In this document: positions 7,790 through 18,300 of the stretch, piece after piece | How positions within the stretch are numbered: position 1 is the stretch's first letter | Layout: each line of letters begins with the position of its first letter | DNA from: Candidatus Babelota bacterium | GTDB taxonomy: Bacteria; Babelota; Babeliae; Babelales; Vermiphilaceae | Reading direction: 5' to 3' | Length of the DNA stretch: 64,000 bases | Assembly: GCA_004375875.1 (NCBI GenBank) | Contig: SOKE01000016.1 | Location: 4,423-68,422 of the forward strand | Translations under genes and position numbers: made by a program | The notes under the pieces: generated by a model | What the model was told of the DNA's origin: nothing | The model's input: only the letters and a program-made list of their open reading frames with translations | Database searches by the model: none

Positions 7790-10042
7790 ATGAGCCCAAT
7801 CAAAGAATCATTTGCAACCTTCTTAAAGACACAGCTCAATGAAGAACAACAAAAAGCAGTCACTCAGTCGCGTGGATCAATGTTAGTTGTCGCTGGCGCT
7901 GGGTCAGGAAAAACACGTGTTATTACCGCACGTATTGCGCATCTTATTATCAACGAACAGATTGATCCCTTTTCTATTGTTGCAGTTACTTTTACCAACA
8001 AGGCCGCAAATGAGATGAAAAAGCGCATTGTGCATTTTCTTGAAACAGAGAACCGTACAACTCAAATTCCTTTCATTGGAACATTCCATGCTTATTGTCT
8101 GCGTCTTTTAAAACAGCATGCTAAATATCTGGAGTACCCATTCTTTTCAATCTTAGATGAAGATGATCAGCATAAAATCATAACAAACATTATAAAACGT
8201 AATAATTTACAAAAACAGGTAACGGCAAAACAAGTCGCTTATCAGATTTCCTTTATAAAAAATCGTTCAACTAATCCGAAACATGAAATTATAGCGACCC
8301 AACCGAAATTATTGCAAGACATATATACAGCATACGAGCAAGAAAAACGGGAAAGTAAATCCCTCGATTTCGACGACCTTCTCCTGCACACAGTAAAACT
8401 ATTACACTCCAAAAAGGAAGTAAAACAAGGTCTGCAAAAACAAATTCGTCATATTTTAGTTGATGAATATCAAGATACAAATGTAACGCAGCATGAACTG
8501 CTTAAGCAATTAGCATTACGTACAAAAAAACAGCTGAGTGTTGATTCGTTGTGCATTGTAGGCGATGAAGATCAATCAATCTATTCCTGGCGTGGTGCTA
8601 CAGTAACCAATATTCTTAAGCTTCATCATGATTTTCCAAAAACAAAAATCATAAAAATTGAACAAAATTATCGCTCAGTGCAACCAATCCTTGAGGTCGC
8701 TAATAACGTTATTAAACATAATCAACACCGTAATCCTAAAAAATTGTGGTCTGCACGCAAGGGAAATAATCGTATCTGTACGCTGTTGTGTCTTTCAGAA
8801 TATCAAGAAGCAGAAGCTATTGCTCAATTCATCAAACTATTAACAGGGAGTAAACAACGCAATGCTATTGCTATACTATATCGTGCACATTTTCAATCAC
8901 GTGCCATTGAAGAAACATTGATACGCCATTCAATTCCTTATCGCATCATTGGTGGTATACAATTTTATGAACGAAAAGAGATTAAAGACCTGCTTGCCCA
9001 TTTGCGCCTCATTGTCAATCCATTTGATCGTACTGCATTTTTTAGAATTATCAACTGCCCACCACGCGGTCTTGGACAATCATTTGAAGAACTTTTTTAT
9101 ACCCGATGGCGTGCAGAACCGTTTCTATCATTTAACGACATTGCTACCAAATTGATCAATGAAGGTAATCTAACCGCAGTGAAAAAAACTTCTTTGATTC
9201 AATTCTTACAAATTTTTGAAGATTATACACATAAAACACAACCAACTACTACTCTCAAGCATATTTTAAAAACAACTAATTATATTGAGTATCTCAACCA
9301 CACCTGTGATAAAGAAGAAGCTGAATCACGCATTGAAAATATTAAAGAACTAATGCAAGCATTTATCTATTTTGAAGCACAGGGCACTACTACTCTTGAA
9401 CACCTACTTGATGAGATAAGTCTCATGCAAAAAAAGATGCACGGCAATCAAGAACAGAAACAGCAGGTATTGCTTATGACACTGCATGCTGCAAAAGGGT
9501 TAGAATTTAATACGGTTATTATTGTGGGACTGGATGAGGGGCTTCTGCCAAGTTCACGCTCACTTGAATATGAAGAATCAACTGAAGAAGAACGAAGATT
9601 ACTATATGTTGGCATAACGCGAGCTCGGGAACGGCTTATGCTCATGCATGCTCGCTATCGCTATACCTATGGACAAATGGTTGAACAATGTTGTTCCCGA
9701 TTTTTAGATGAAATTCCACAACATCTACAACAGCAACAGGATGTTTCTTATTGGAATAATGATCAACTTTCTCATTTCTTTTCCTTGTGGCTTGGTATAA
9801 TAATAAGACAAAAATCATCTCTTAAAACATTTGGAGCAGCAGCTACAACAAAACAAAAGTACCATAGAAAATCTCTAGCACAGTCCAATGGCTGGAAAAT
9901 AAATCAACCGGTCAATCATCCTCAATTTGGCATTGGCACTGTAAAAAAGGTAGAAGAAAAGGGTAACAATAAAATTTATTTAACCGTTAATTTTAAAATG
10001 GGCACAAAAAAAATCACAGAACAATTTCTAAAGAAGATATAA
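7790..10042 (+). CDS. uvrD: ATP-dependent DNA helicase, UvrD/PcrA/Rep family (SF1)
   Basis: Walker A AGAGSGKT, motif II VDEYQDT, QNYRS, TLHAAKGLEF, LYVGITRA. The C-terminus has a small Tudor-like tail (GWKINQPVNHPQFGIGTVKKVE). Confidence 0.9.
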   Translation: MSPIKESFATFLKTQLNEEQQKAVTQSRGSMLVVAGAGSGKTRVITARIAHLIINEQIDPFSIVAVTFTNKAANEMKKRIVHFLETENRTTQIPFIGTFHAYCLRLLKQHAKYLEYPFFSILDEDDQHKIITNIIKRNNLQKQVTAKQVAYQISFIKNRSTNPKHEIIATQPKLLQDIYTAYEQEKRESKSLDFDDLLLHTVKLLHSKKEVKQGLQKQIRHILVDEYQDTNVTQHELLKQLALRTKKQLSVDSLCIVGDEDQSIYSWRGATVTNILKLHHDFPKTKIIKIEQNYRSVQPILEVANNVIKHNQHRNPKKLWSARKGNNRICTLLCLSEYQEAEAIAQFIKLLTGSKQRNAIAILYRAHFQSRAIEETLIRHSIPYRIIGGIQFYERKEIKDLLAHLRLIVNPFDRTAFFRIINCPPRGLGQSFEELFYTRWRAEPFLSFNDIATKLINEGNLTAVKKTSLIQFLQIFEDYTHKTQPTTTLKHILKTTNYIEYLNHTCDKEEAESRIENIKELMQAFIYFEAQGTTTLEHLLDEISLMQKKMHGNQEQKQQVLLMTLHAAKGLEFNTVIIVGLDEGLLPSSRSLEYEESTEEERRLLYVGITRARERLMLMHARYRYTYGQMVEQCCSRFLDEIPQHLQQQQDVSYWNNDQLSHFFSLWLGIIIRQKSSLKTFGAAATTKQKYHRKSLAQSNGWKINQPVNHPQFGIGTVKKVEEKGNNKIYLTVNFKMGTKKITEQFLKKI

Positions 10043-10066
10043 AAAAACATAAAAAAATTGAGCAAT

Positions 10067-10672
10067 CTAAAAACTAACATTAATTCCAGTCAACTGCCCC
10101 AAAATACGATTTTTTTGATCATTGGTAGTAAAGTTGTTATCACAAAGAAAGAGCCTAAGCGGATTCCCAGCGACATGAAGGTTATTATCAAGAGGATAAC
10201 GGCTATGAGAATAATTTAAACTCCGTAATGCTTCATGAGGCACCGCATTAAGAGAATTATCTGCAAGAGAAATTGCTCTTATTCTTCCTACTAAATTTTG
10301 TTGATAACTTAACCAAATCAAAAAACACTGTAATTGCAAAAAACTATTTTGTTCTGATAAATGGCTCTTATCAAAATAAAGCGCAATATCACAAGGGGAA
10401 AAGACTTTTCGTGCTATGTCCGAGAGATCTTCCTGTAGCCTCCCAAATCTTTCCATATTAAGTAATTCAATATGTCGATTAATATAGTTTCTAGTACAGA
10501 ATCGTGATGCAAGTAAGAAACGAAGGAATAAAGAATCCTTCGGTCTTTTTGAAAAATTCAAGGTAAGAATGCCAAAGGGGTTTTTGCAATCATTATAATA
10601 ATCCTCCGCTCTTTCCATCGAAAAAAGAGAAAAATAATTTAGCAATATAAGCAAGAATAAAGACCATTTCAT
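10067..10672 (-). CDS. Secreted leucine-rich-repeat-like protein
   Basis: Signal peptide MKWSLFLLILLNYFSLFS. LRR-type segments include ISLADNSLNAVPHEALRSL and LHVAGNPLRLFLCDNNF. A GGAGGA Shine-Dalgarno sits 5 nt upstream of the ATG at 10672, whereas the track ORF starts at 10693. The stop codon is TAG. Confidence 0.45.
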   Translation of the reverse strand: MKWSLFLLILLNYFSLFSMERAEDYYNDCKNPFGILTLNFSKRPKDSLFLRFLLASRFCTRNYINRHIELLNMERFGRLQEDLSDIARKVFSPCDIALYFDKSHLSEQNSFLQLQCFLIWLSYQQNLVGRIRAISLADNSLNAVPHEALRSLNYSHSRYPLDNNLHVAGNPLRLFLCDNNFTTNDQKNRILGQLTGINVSF

Positions 10673-10797
10673 ATTTCCTCCTTCATTATTCATAAAGAAT
10701 CACTTATTATTTTTATATAAAAAATATAAATTATACAAGACTTACCGTCATAACAAGGCAAAAGGTCCCAACTATGCCTAATTATATTAGAAAGAAT

Positions 10798-11388
10798 TTA
10801 TATTCGCTCAATAGGAAGCTTTTGGTAAATTAGGCCTGGTTCTGTAACACCAATAGTAAGACGAGCAGCCAATTGCTTACCGTTAAACATCAGCTGATTT
10901 TCATCTTTCATCATTGAAGGAATATCAGCATCTTCATCTAAGATAATATCTTTACCGATGATCTGACCATTTGGTAATTTTACTCCTTCTCCGGGAGTAA
11001 CAAAATAACCCTTCTTTGTCCTCACTACCAGGTATTCTTTGTCTTGATAAGTAGGATTATCATCTATATAAGGCCCATTCCATTTGTCTGGATAGGCTAA
11101 ATTCATCGGACCTACTTCTGACCCTACAAATGATTTCACATTGAGAAAATTTATTCTATTTTTTTGATAATCAAAATCGAGTATCTTGCATTCCTGATCA
11201 ATACGTTCAAAAATAGTTGCCAGCTGTGTTACATCACGCACAATCAAATCTGCCAAATAATATTTTGATGTTACACGCAAATTAAAAATAGCAAGTACAA
11301 TCAACATACTAAAAAAGAGCACTATCAAAAGCGGGATAATATAATTTCTCATAAACCCCTTTTTATAATCATACATAGTAATCTTCAT
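10798..11388 (-). CDS. Type IV pilin / type II pseudopilin-like protein with a divergent leader
   Basis: KKGF followed by a hydrophobic helix (MRNYIIPLLIVLFFSMLIVLAIF) resembles a prepilin leader but lacks Glu+5. PDKWNGPYIDD resembles the DPWGxPYxY signature of GspG-type pseudopilins. A strong AAGGGGAGG RBS lies upstream. Confidence 0.35.
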   Translation of the reverse strand: MKITMYDYKKGFMRNYIIPLLIVLFFSMLIVLAIFNLRVTSKYYLADLIVRDVTQLATIFERIDQECKILDFDYQKNRINFLNVKSFVGSEVGPMNLAYPDKWNGPYIDDNPTYQDKEYLVVRTKKGYFVTPGEGVKLPNGQIIGKDIILDEDADIPSMMKDENQLMFNGKQLAARLTIGVTEPGLIYQKLPIERI

Positions 11389-11497
11389 CGCCTCCCCTTA
11401 ATTATTACCCTGCTTATGGTATACACTATCGTTAAATACTATTAGTACACCGATGTTCAGCCTGATAGTAACAAAAAGAAAAAGGGGAAATAAAGAT

Positions 11498-12547
<1,050 letters not shown>

Positions 12548-12711
12548 TTACTGAGCTTTAACAATGATCTGCACACAGATTAACACAATATCAAAAATAG
12601 ATATAACCCAACGAATTTTTGATAAATGCAATAAACCGCTTACACTCATGGGATAATTCAAAAGAAAAACCTGATGAGACTCTCGTCAAATTAGCTGACC
12701 CGATTTTTGGA

Positions 12712-15441
12712 TCATTGTTCTTGCCTTATTTCTAAACCATTCCGCCGAAATTTTTCTATAAGTGTATTAAATAACGTTCTACATATCGGATGCTCTTTTG
12801 ACAACTTTTCTGTAACTTCATTTAAATAGTCCAAGGCCATCTTAAGCTTCCTTTTACTTTTTTTACAAGAAAGCTTCGTAACAAAATCAAAATCAATGGC
12901 AGATATCATCGCCCTGATTGCTTCAATTAGAAAATCCCTTGCTTCTATAAAATTTTCATAACATAGTTCAACTTTTGCACAAAATATAGAAAGAATCGCT
13001 AATTGAACTGTAGCAGAAAGACACATAGGCTTTTTTCCCTCAACAACTTCTTTCAGCTTTTTTATCATAAGACCCGCCTTTTGAGACATCTCAATTCGAA
13101 CCTCCTTTGATAATGTTCCTTTCTCTGCTTCTCCAGCACATTTCTCTGCTAATTGCGACACTTTTACTGCGTCATTAATAATATCATTAACAGGAGCACC
13201 TATAATAGTTATTTGTTCATCTTGAACAGGTCCCACTTTAAAAAAACTAGCCATTTTCGAAGGCTTCCCCTCAGTCATTTTAAAATAATACTCAGATAAT
13301 CTCTTATTTTTCTTTACTCCTCCAGTACACACTGTCTCAGGTGAATATAAAAAACATAAAGATGTTTGTGCTTCTCTATAACCTTCTTTTGCAAGATCTG
13401 TAAGCATTTTAATAGTCTTATTTACAAATTCATTTGGATTTATATTAGGGGGAGTAACAAGATAACGGATAGCCAAGTTATATCTTGTTTCTTGATCTCC
13501 AGGGTTATATTCTAACGCCTCTTGCAGATACTTAACATACTTTTCCTCTTTATCAAAGCAGCTTGCAAGCCACTTATAAGCTGAATATAAAATAGCCTTT
13601 TTCTCTTTGCCCCTTTCATTTATTTCAGACACTTGGCTTTCCTTAAGCTCATCAGCTAAATTAATAACCCTCTTCTCAGCTTCTTCACTTATTTCATTTT
13701 CAAGTAAATAGCATTTATTTTTTAATCTTCTTGAGTGAAAATTAACTAATGCCTCCCCTGCATGTACATCACCTGCTTTTATCAAATTAAAAAGGAGGTC
13801 GTATATACCAAGCCGCAGAACTAAGGATATTACCTCATTATCTTGAATATATTGAGAAATTACAGCATTCTCCGTATCTTCAAATAGTCCAAGAACTTTC
13901 TTCAAAAAGATTGGATCATTTTTTTGAATAAAAAATTTTATTACTTTATAACATGTTTTTATTTGTGCTTTTGTAATTATATAACCCATTACTTCTTCAG
14001 ATTCTATATTAAACTTCTCTGTCAGAAGACGATTTAACAAAGGAATCAGCATAGCTGCAGCACATTCTCTCGTTACTAATGATGCCTGTTCATCCTCAAA
14101 TGCCTTTTGAAACCACGATAATCCATCGGTAAATGATTTCTCAGAACACATAAAGCCCATTAAAAGTTGTGCCCGAGGATTATCACTACTTCCTACATCT
14201 TCCAAAAGAATCGCATATGTATTTTCTTTTTCTAATTTTTTCCAACAATTGTATGCCTGTACAACTGCTCCTTCTTTTACATAGGTTATTGCAAGATACT
14301 CCATTACCTCTAGTTTTTTCCTATTAACAAACGCACGCTCTTCTTCCACAACGCAGGCAAAGGCATCTCTTAAACATTTCAAAGCCTGTTGTAAAAAGAT
14401 CTTCTTTTGTTTTAGATCATTTTTCCCTATTATTCCCTCTATACAACGTGAACAGCCAAGAAGAAAATTAGCATACCAATTTCTTTTCTTTGTATGTTCT
14501 TTTAATAAACAACAATATTCATGAGTGAATTGCTCAAAACATAATCTTTGCTCTTCAGGATCGCGATTAAGAAAATCATGTAAAATCACCATAGATTCTT
14601 TACAGATTGCCTCATCAGTAAGTCCTTCTATAAAAAATGGGGCAATAGCCTCTACGATTCCTTGATTAAATAATTCTTTAAGTGCCTCTAAGGACCATCT
14701 TTTAATGTAAGAATTGGTTGTTTTTTTCAAAGCCTCTTTATAATACTTGGCAGCATCATGCGGAGAATGTACAAATTCAGAGCCATCATGCAATATATCC
14801 GCAACACAAAACTGTGCTAATGAATTCCCTTGATCAGCAACTGGCTTCAAGCAACTTAATGCATACTCCCATTTATTTCTAGCGTATAAGGCAACACCAC
14901 GTATAAAACGAGCATGCATATCACCATTTTGTTCATCGTGCTCAAGCGAATTAAGCATTTCACCATCAATAAGATTTGCAAAGTATGGTAATAATGACCA
15001 TCCCTTTTTTCTCTCCAAAAATTTTTGAAGTTGATAAACTACTTGCTGGGTCAACTTCTTTTCTTGTCGCAAACAGAGATCTACAGCTTTTTTATAATAA
15101 TCAGATGCTAATTTATAATTCTTCTCATCTAAAGCCATCAAGCCAAGAATAAAGCAAGAACGTCCATCATTTTTAGTTTCTAAAAATTGTAATACAGACT
15201 GCCCTCCTTTTGAAGCTGCAGCACTTATTATTTGATAAGCTTGATTACACATATGCTGATCATCCTGCTTGCTTGCCTTATACAATAATGGAAGACCAAC
15301 CATAGAAAGCGATGCTGCTGGAAGTTCATTGCACATTTTATCAAGATTTTTTACTTCCATAGGATAAAAAGAAAATGATAAAAAGGCAGCTGGTAACAAA
15401 AACATCATTTTTTTATATAAACTAGATGATATAAACAACAT
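12712..15441 (-). CDS. Large secreted Sel1-like/TPR-like helical repeat protein
   Basis: Signal-like MMFLLPAAFLSFSFYP. The protein is all-helical with Sel1-like units (e.g. GNSLAQFCVADILHDG...AAKYYKEALKK; GYREAQTSLCFLYS...SEYYFKMT). No catalytic motif is recognised. Confidence 0.5.
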   Translation of the reverse strand: MLFISSSLYKKMMFLLPAAFLSFSFYPMEVKNLDKMCNELPAASLSMVGLPLLYKASKQDDQHMCNQAYQIISAAASKGGQSVLQFLETKNDGRSCFILGLMALDEKNYKLASDYYKKAVDLCLRQEKKLTQQVVYQLQKFLERKKGWSLLPYFANLIDGEMLNSLEHDEQNGDMHARFIRGVALYARNKWEYALSCLKPVADQGNSLAQFCVADILHDGSEFVHSPHDAAKYYKEALKKTTNSYIKRWSLEALKELFNQGIVEAIAPFFIEGLTDEAICKESMVILHDFLNRDPEEQRLCFEQFTHEYCCLLKEHTKKRNWYANFLLGCSRCIEGIIGKNDLKQKKIFLQQALKCLRDAFACVVEEERAFVNRKKLEVMEYLAITYVKEGAVVQAYNCWKKLEKENTYAILLEDVGSSDNPRAQLLMGFMCSEKSFTDGLSWFQKAFEDEQASLVTRECAAAMLIPLLNRLLTEKFNIESEEVMGYIITKAQIKTCYKVIKFFIQKNDPIFLKKVLGLFEDTENAVISQYIQDNEVISLVLRLGIYDLLFNLIKAGDVHAGEALVNFHSRRLKNKCYLLENEISEEAEKRVINLADELKESQVSEINERGKEKKAILYSAYKWLASCFDKEEKYVKYLQEALEYNPGDQETRYNLAIRYLVTPPNINPNEFVNKTIKMLTDLAKEGYREAQTSLCFLYSPETVCTGGVKKNKRLSEYYFKMTEGKPSKMASFFKVGPVQDEQITIIGAPVNDIINDAVKVSQLAEKCAGEAEKGTLSKEVRIEMSQKAGLMIKKLKEVVEGKKPMCLSATVQLAILSIFCAKVELCYENFIEARDFLIEAIRAMISAIDFDFVTKLSCKKSKRKLKMALDYLNEVTEKLSKEHPICRTLFNTLIEKFRRNGLEIRQEQ

Positions 15442-15685
15442 TAATATTTCCCCACATAATAATTTAAAAATATAATGACAAAGAGATAATTTTAGAGTCT
15501 TGATATTATAAATCTATATTAATAATTATAAATAAAAAGTAAAAAAAGTCAATTTACTTTAAAATAATTTGATATTGCAAAGTGAAAAAATCACCCAAAA
15601 AATGGTAATCATGAAGATTCCAATGAGTAAATAGGGCCCTGACGGTAATTTTCTCTATCCTATTTTAACCTGAAGGATATTAAGC

Positions 15686-15713
15686 TTGACAAGTTCACTA
15701 TAAATCATATACA
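15686..15713 (+). promoter_or_regulatory. Candidate sigma70-type promoter for the cdaA-like/ybbR/glmM operon
   Basis: TTGACA (15686-15691), a 16 nt spacer, then TATACA (15708-15713), about 48 nt upstream of the ATG at 15761. AGGAG RBS at 15751-15755. Confidence 0.35.
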
Positions 15714-15760
15714 AAACAAAAAAACAATCTAAACTAAGGTATCAAAAAAAAGGAGTATTA

Positions 15761-16597
15761 ATGATTATTTTATCGAATTTCTTTTCATTTATGAACTGGC
15801 GTGATCTTATAGAAATTATTTTCTTTGCCACAGTCTTTTACTATATCAGCAAGTGGTTGTATGCCGATCATCACCACCAATTGTTTTTCTATTTTTTGGG
15901 CTATTGTTTACTTTTTCTGACAACTGCCTGGTTGCAACTGCCAGTAGTACACTCATTTCTTTCCTATTTTGCTCCAGTTACAGCAATGCTTTTTATTCTA
16001 CTTCATCAAGAAACATTACAAAAAAAAATTATTACACTGCGTAATTATATTCCAGTAAAACAAATACCATCCAATTGGCATCAAGAACTTATTAGAATCG
16101 CCCTAATCGCACGCAATAAGGAAATCCCTCTGAATATTATCATTGAACAGAGGGATAATCTCAACGAACTTCTTCACTCACCATTCTTATTAGATGCCCC
16201 TTTTCAGGTAGAACTTTTACAAACACTCATCAATAGCACCACATTTATACCAGAAAAATTTATATGGCTCAAATCGGATGGAACTATCCGCAGCATCAAT
16301 GTTTCTGCACAATATAAAATCGATGAAATGCAAAATAATGAAATTCACACAATGCCTCGATGGAAACAAGATGCTACCATCCTCAGTACCAAGACAGACG
16401 TTATGATCATAGTTACTTCTGAAGAACAAACAACAAACTTTACAGTAATACATCAAGGAACTGAATTATCCTCTCTTTCGGCGGAAAATTGTATAAAACT
16501 TCTCAAAAAAATCACACTAGCAGCTCTAAACAAAAAAGGAAAAACCAGTCATGAATCCAAAAAAGAATCTCTTAACAGGCAGCAGCATACCTCTTAA
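15761..16597 (+). CDS. CdaA/DacA-like membrane protein (diadenylate cyclase homolog with altered catalytic motifs)
   Basis: Three N-terminal TM helices are followed by a DAC-like domain colinear with CdaA (NIIIEQRDNLNELL; DVMIIVTSEEQ). The DGA motif reads DGT (res 173-175) and the RHR motif reads RWK (res 200-202). The gene lies upstream of a YbbR-domain gene and glmM, as canonical cdaA does. Confidence 0.6.
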   Translation: MIILSNFFSFMNWRDLIEIIFFATVFYYISKWLYADHHHQLFFYFLGYCLLFLTTAWLQLPVVHSFLSYFAPVTAMLFILLHQETLQKKIITLRNYIPVKQIPSNWHQELIRIALIARNKEIPLNIIIEQRDNLNELLHSPFLLDAPFQVELLQTLINSTTFIPEKFIWLKSDGTIRSINVSAQYKIDEMQNNEIHTMPRWKQDATILSTKTDVMIIVTSEEQTTNFTVIHQGTELSSLSAENCIKLLKKITLAALNKKGKTSHESKKESLNRQQHTS

Positions 16598-16949
16598 ATT
16601 ACTTTCATTATTCTTCGGTTTCAGTTTTTGGTATATTTTTATACAAGAATACCATGATTATCAGCAAGTAATGGTTCCAATCAGTTTTTATAACATATCA
16701 TCCGATGTAATAATCTCTGCTCCCGAAATGGCTACGATTACTGTTCACGGCAAGCGAATTGACATACACACTCTTGATACTAGTACACTAGCTTTTCACT
16801 TTAATGCTCAATTACTCAAAAAAGGCAAAAATAGTATACCTTTATTGGCAGATCAACTTTTCCTTCCTGATCATGTTTCATTGCTAAACTGCTCTCCTTC
16901 AACTATACTCGTTTATGTTGATAAAACATCTGAACAAGAACACAGTTAA
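16551..16949 (+). CDS. YbbR-domain (CdaR-like) membrane-anchored protein, single domain
   Basis: An N-terminal TM (LKLLSLFFGFSFWYIF) is followed by one ~90-residue beta-rich domain (VPISFYN...ATITVHGKR). It occupies the position of cdaR between the cdaA-like gene and glmM and overlaps the upstream gene by 47 nt. Confidence 0.5.
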   Translation: MNPKKNLLTGSSIPLKLLSLFFGFSFWYIFIQEYHDYQQVMVPISFYNISSDVIISAPEMATITVHGKRIDIHTLDTSTLAFHFNAQLLKKGKNSIPLLADQLFLPDHVSLLNCSPSTILVYVDKTSEQEHS

Positions 16950-16959
16950 AAGGATCTAC

Positions 16960-18297
16960 ATGAAACAGCACCTGTTCGGCACTAATGGCATTAGAAGCAT
17001 TGTAGGGCAAGCACCATTAACGTTTATCAACCTCCCTTTACTCGGTCTTGCAATAGGTCAATCGATTATCAATCATTATGGTAAAAATGCACAGGTATTG
17101 CTTGCACATGATACTCGTATTTCATGCTCTTTCATCAAATCAGCTCTTGGATGCGGATTATCATTACACCAACTCACAATCTACGATGCAAACGTACTAC
17201 CAACACCAGCGGGCTGTCGCCTTGTACAACAAAATCAAGATTTTAAGACCGGTATTATAATTACCGCTTCACACAATCCTTACTATGACAACGGAATAAA
17301 AATTATTGATGAAAATGGTGTTAAAATAGATGAAAAGGAAGAAACGGAAATCGAACATCTTTTTGAGAAAATAAAGAATAGCCCCATTAGTTATGACACA
17401 CTTGGCAGCATCCACTATTGGCCATATGCCGCAGATCGGTATATTGCAACGATATGCAGTCTTTTTCCTGCACAATTTTTAGATGGCATAACCATTGCTC
17501 TCGATTGCGCCAATGGCGCTACTTCGAAACTTGCACCACATATATTCAGAAAGTTAGGTGCAACGGTTATCCCTATTCACAACGCTCCAGACGGTATTAA
17601 TATAAACGAACAATGTGGCACACAACATACACAGGATCTTGTCAATACAGTATTAGCACATAATGCAGATATAGGATTTGCGTTTGATGGTGATGGCGAT
17701 CGCCTTGTTATTATCACCAAAGATGGAATAAAAAAGGACGGAGATGATATGCTGGCACTGTTAGCTTCTAACCCTCCTTATGATCAAGAAACAACAATAA
17801 TTGGAACAATCATGAGTAATCAAGGATTGGAGCAATGGCTTGCATCGCATAAAAAAAAGCTTATTCGGTGCGCAGTTGGAGAGCCTGCAGTATGGAAACA
17901 TCTGAAAAAACATAATCTTACCTTGGGCGGAGAACCTTCAGGACATATAATCATGACTAATTATCTGAGCAGTAGCGACGCTATTTATACAGCACTTCGT
18001 CTACTTGGAATAATTATCACAACTAATAATTGGAAATTAGAAACATTCACCCACTATCCACAGATAAATCTCAATATTCCGGTTACAGTAAAAAACCCTC
18101 TTGATAAACCACCGTTAAAAAATATTATTGAAGCTGCTCAGACTGAGTTGCCTGATGGACGTTTAATTATTCGCTACTCAGGAACTGAACCACTTTTGCG
18201 TGTTATGGTAGAGGGTCAAGATCAAAAAAAAGTGAACCAAGTTGCTCAAACAGTTGCTCATAAATTAAAAAAAGAACTTTCAACTTCAGGAGAGTAA
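16960..18297 (+). CDS. glmM: Phosphoglucosamine mutase
   Basis: Active-site loop TASHNPYYDNGIK, metal loop FDGDGDR, sugar loop GGEPSGH. The start is revised to the ATG at 16960 (MKQHLFGTNGIRS), which is preceded by AAAGGA. Confidence 0.9.
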   Translation: MKQHLFGTNGIRSIVGQAPLTFINLPLLGLAIGQSIINHYGKNAQVLLAHDTRISCSFIKSALGCGLSLHQLTIYDANVLPTPAGCRLVQQNQDFKTGIIITASHNPYYDNGIKIIDENGVKIDEKEETEIEHLFEKIKNSPISYDTLGSIHYWPYAADRYIATICSLFPAQFLDGITIALDCANGATSKLAPHIFRKLGATVIPIHNAPDGININEQCGTQHTQDLVNTVLAHNADIGFAFDGDGDRLVIITKDGIKKDGDDMLALLASNPPYDQETTIIGTIMSNQGLEQWLASHKKKLIRCAVGEPAVWKHLKKHNLTLGGEPSGHIIMTNYLSSSDAIYTALRLLGIIITTNNWKLETFTHYPQINLNIPVTVKNPLDKPPLKNIIEAAQTELPDGRLIIRYSGTEPLLRVMVEGQDQKKVNQVAQTVAHKLKKELSTSGE

Positions 18298-18300
18298 AAA

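Noticed and set aside
15536-15560. Inverted repeat aaagtaaa-N9-tttacttt in the 320-bp intergenic region, as a terminator or operator
   Set aside because: The stem is AT-only and 8 bp long with a 9-nt loop. It lies upstream of both divergent genes, so it is not in a terminator position and is easily explained by the extreme AT-richness of the region.
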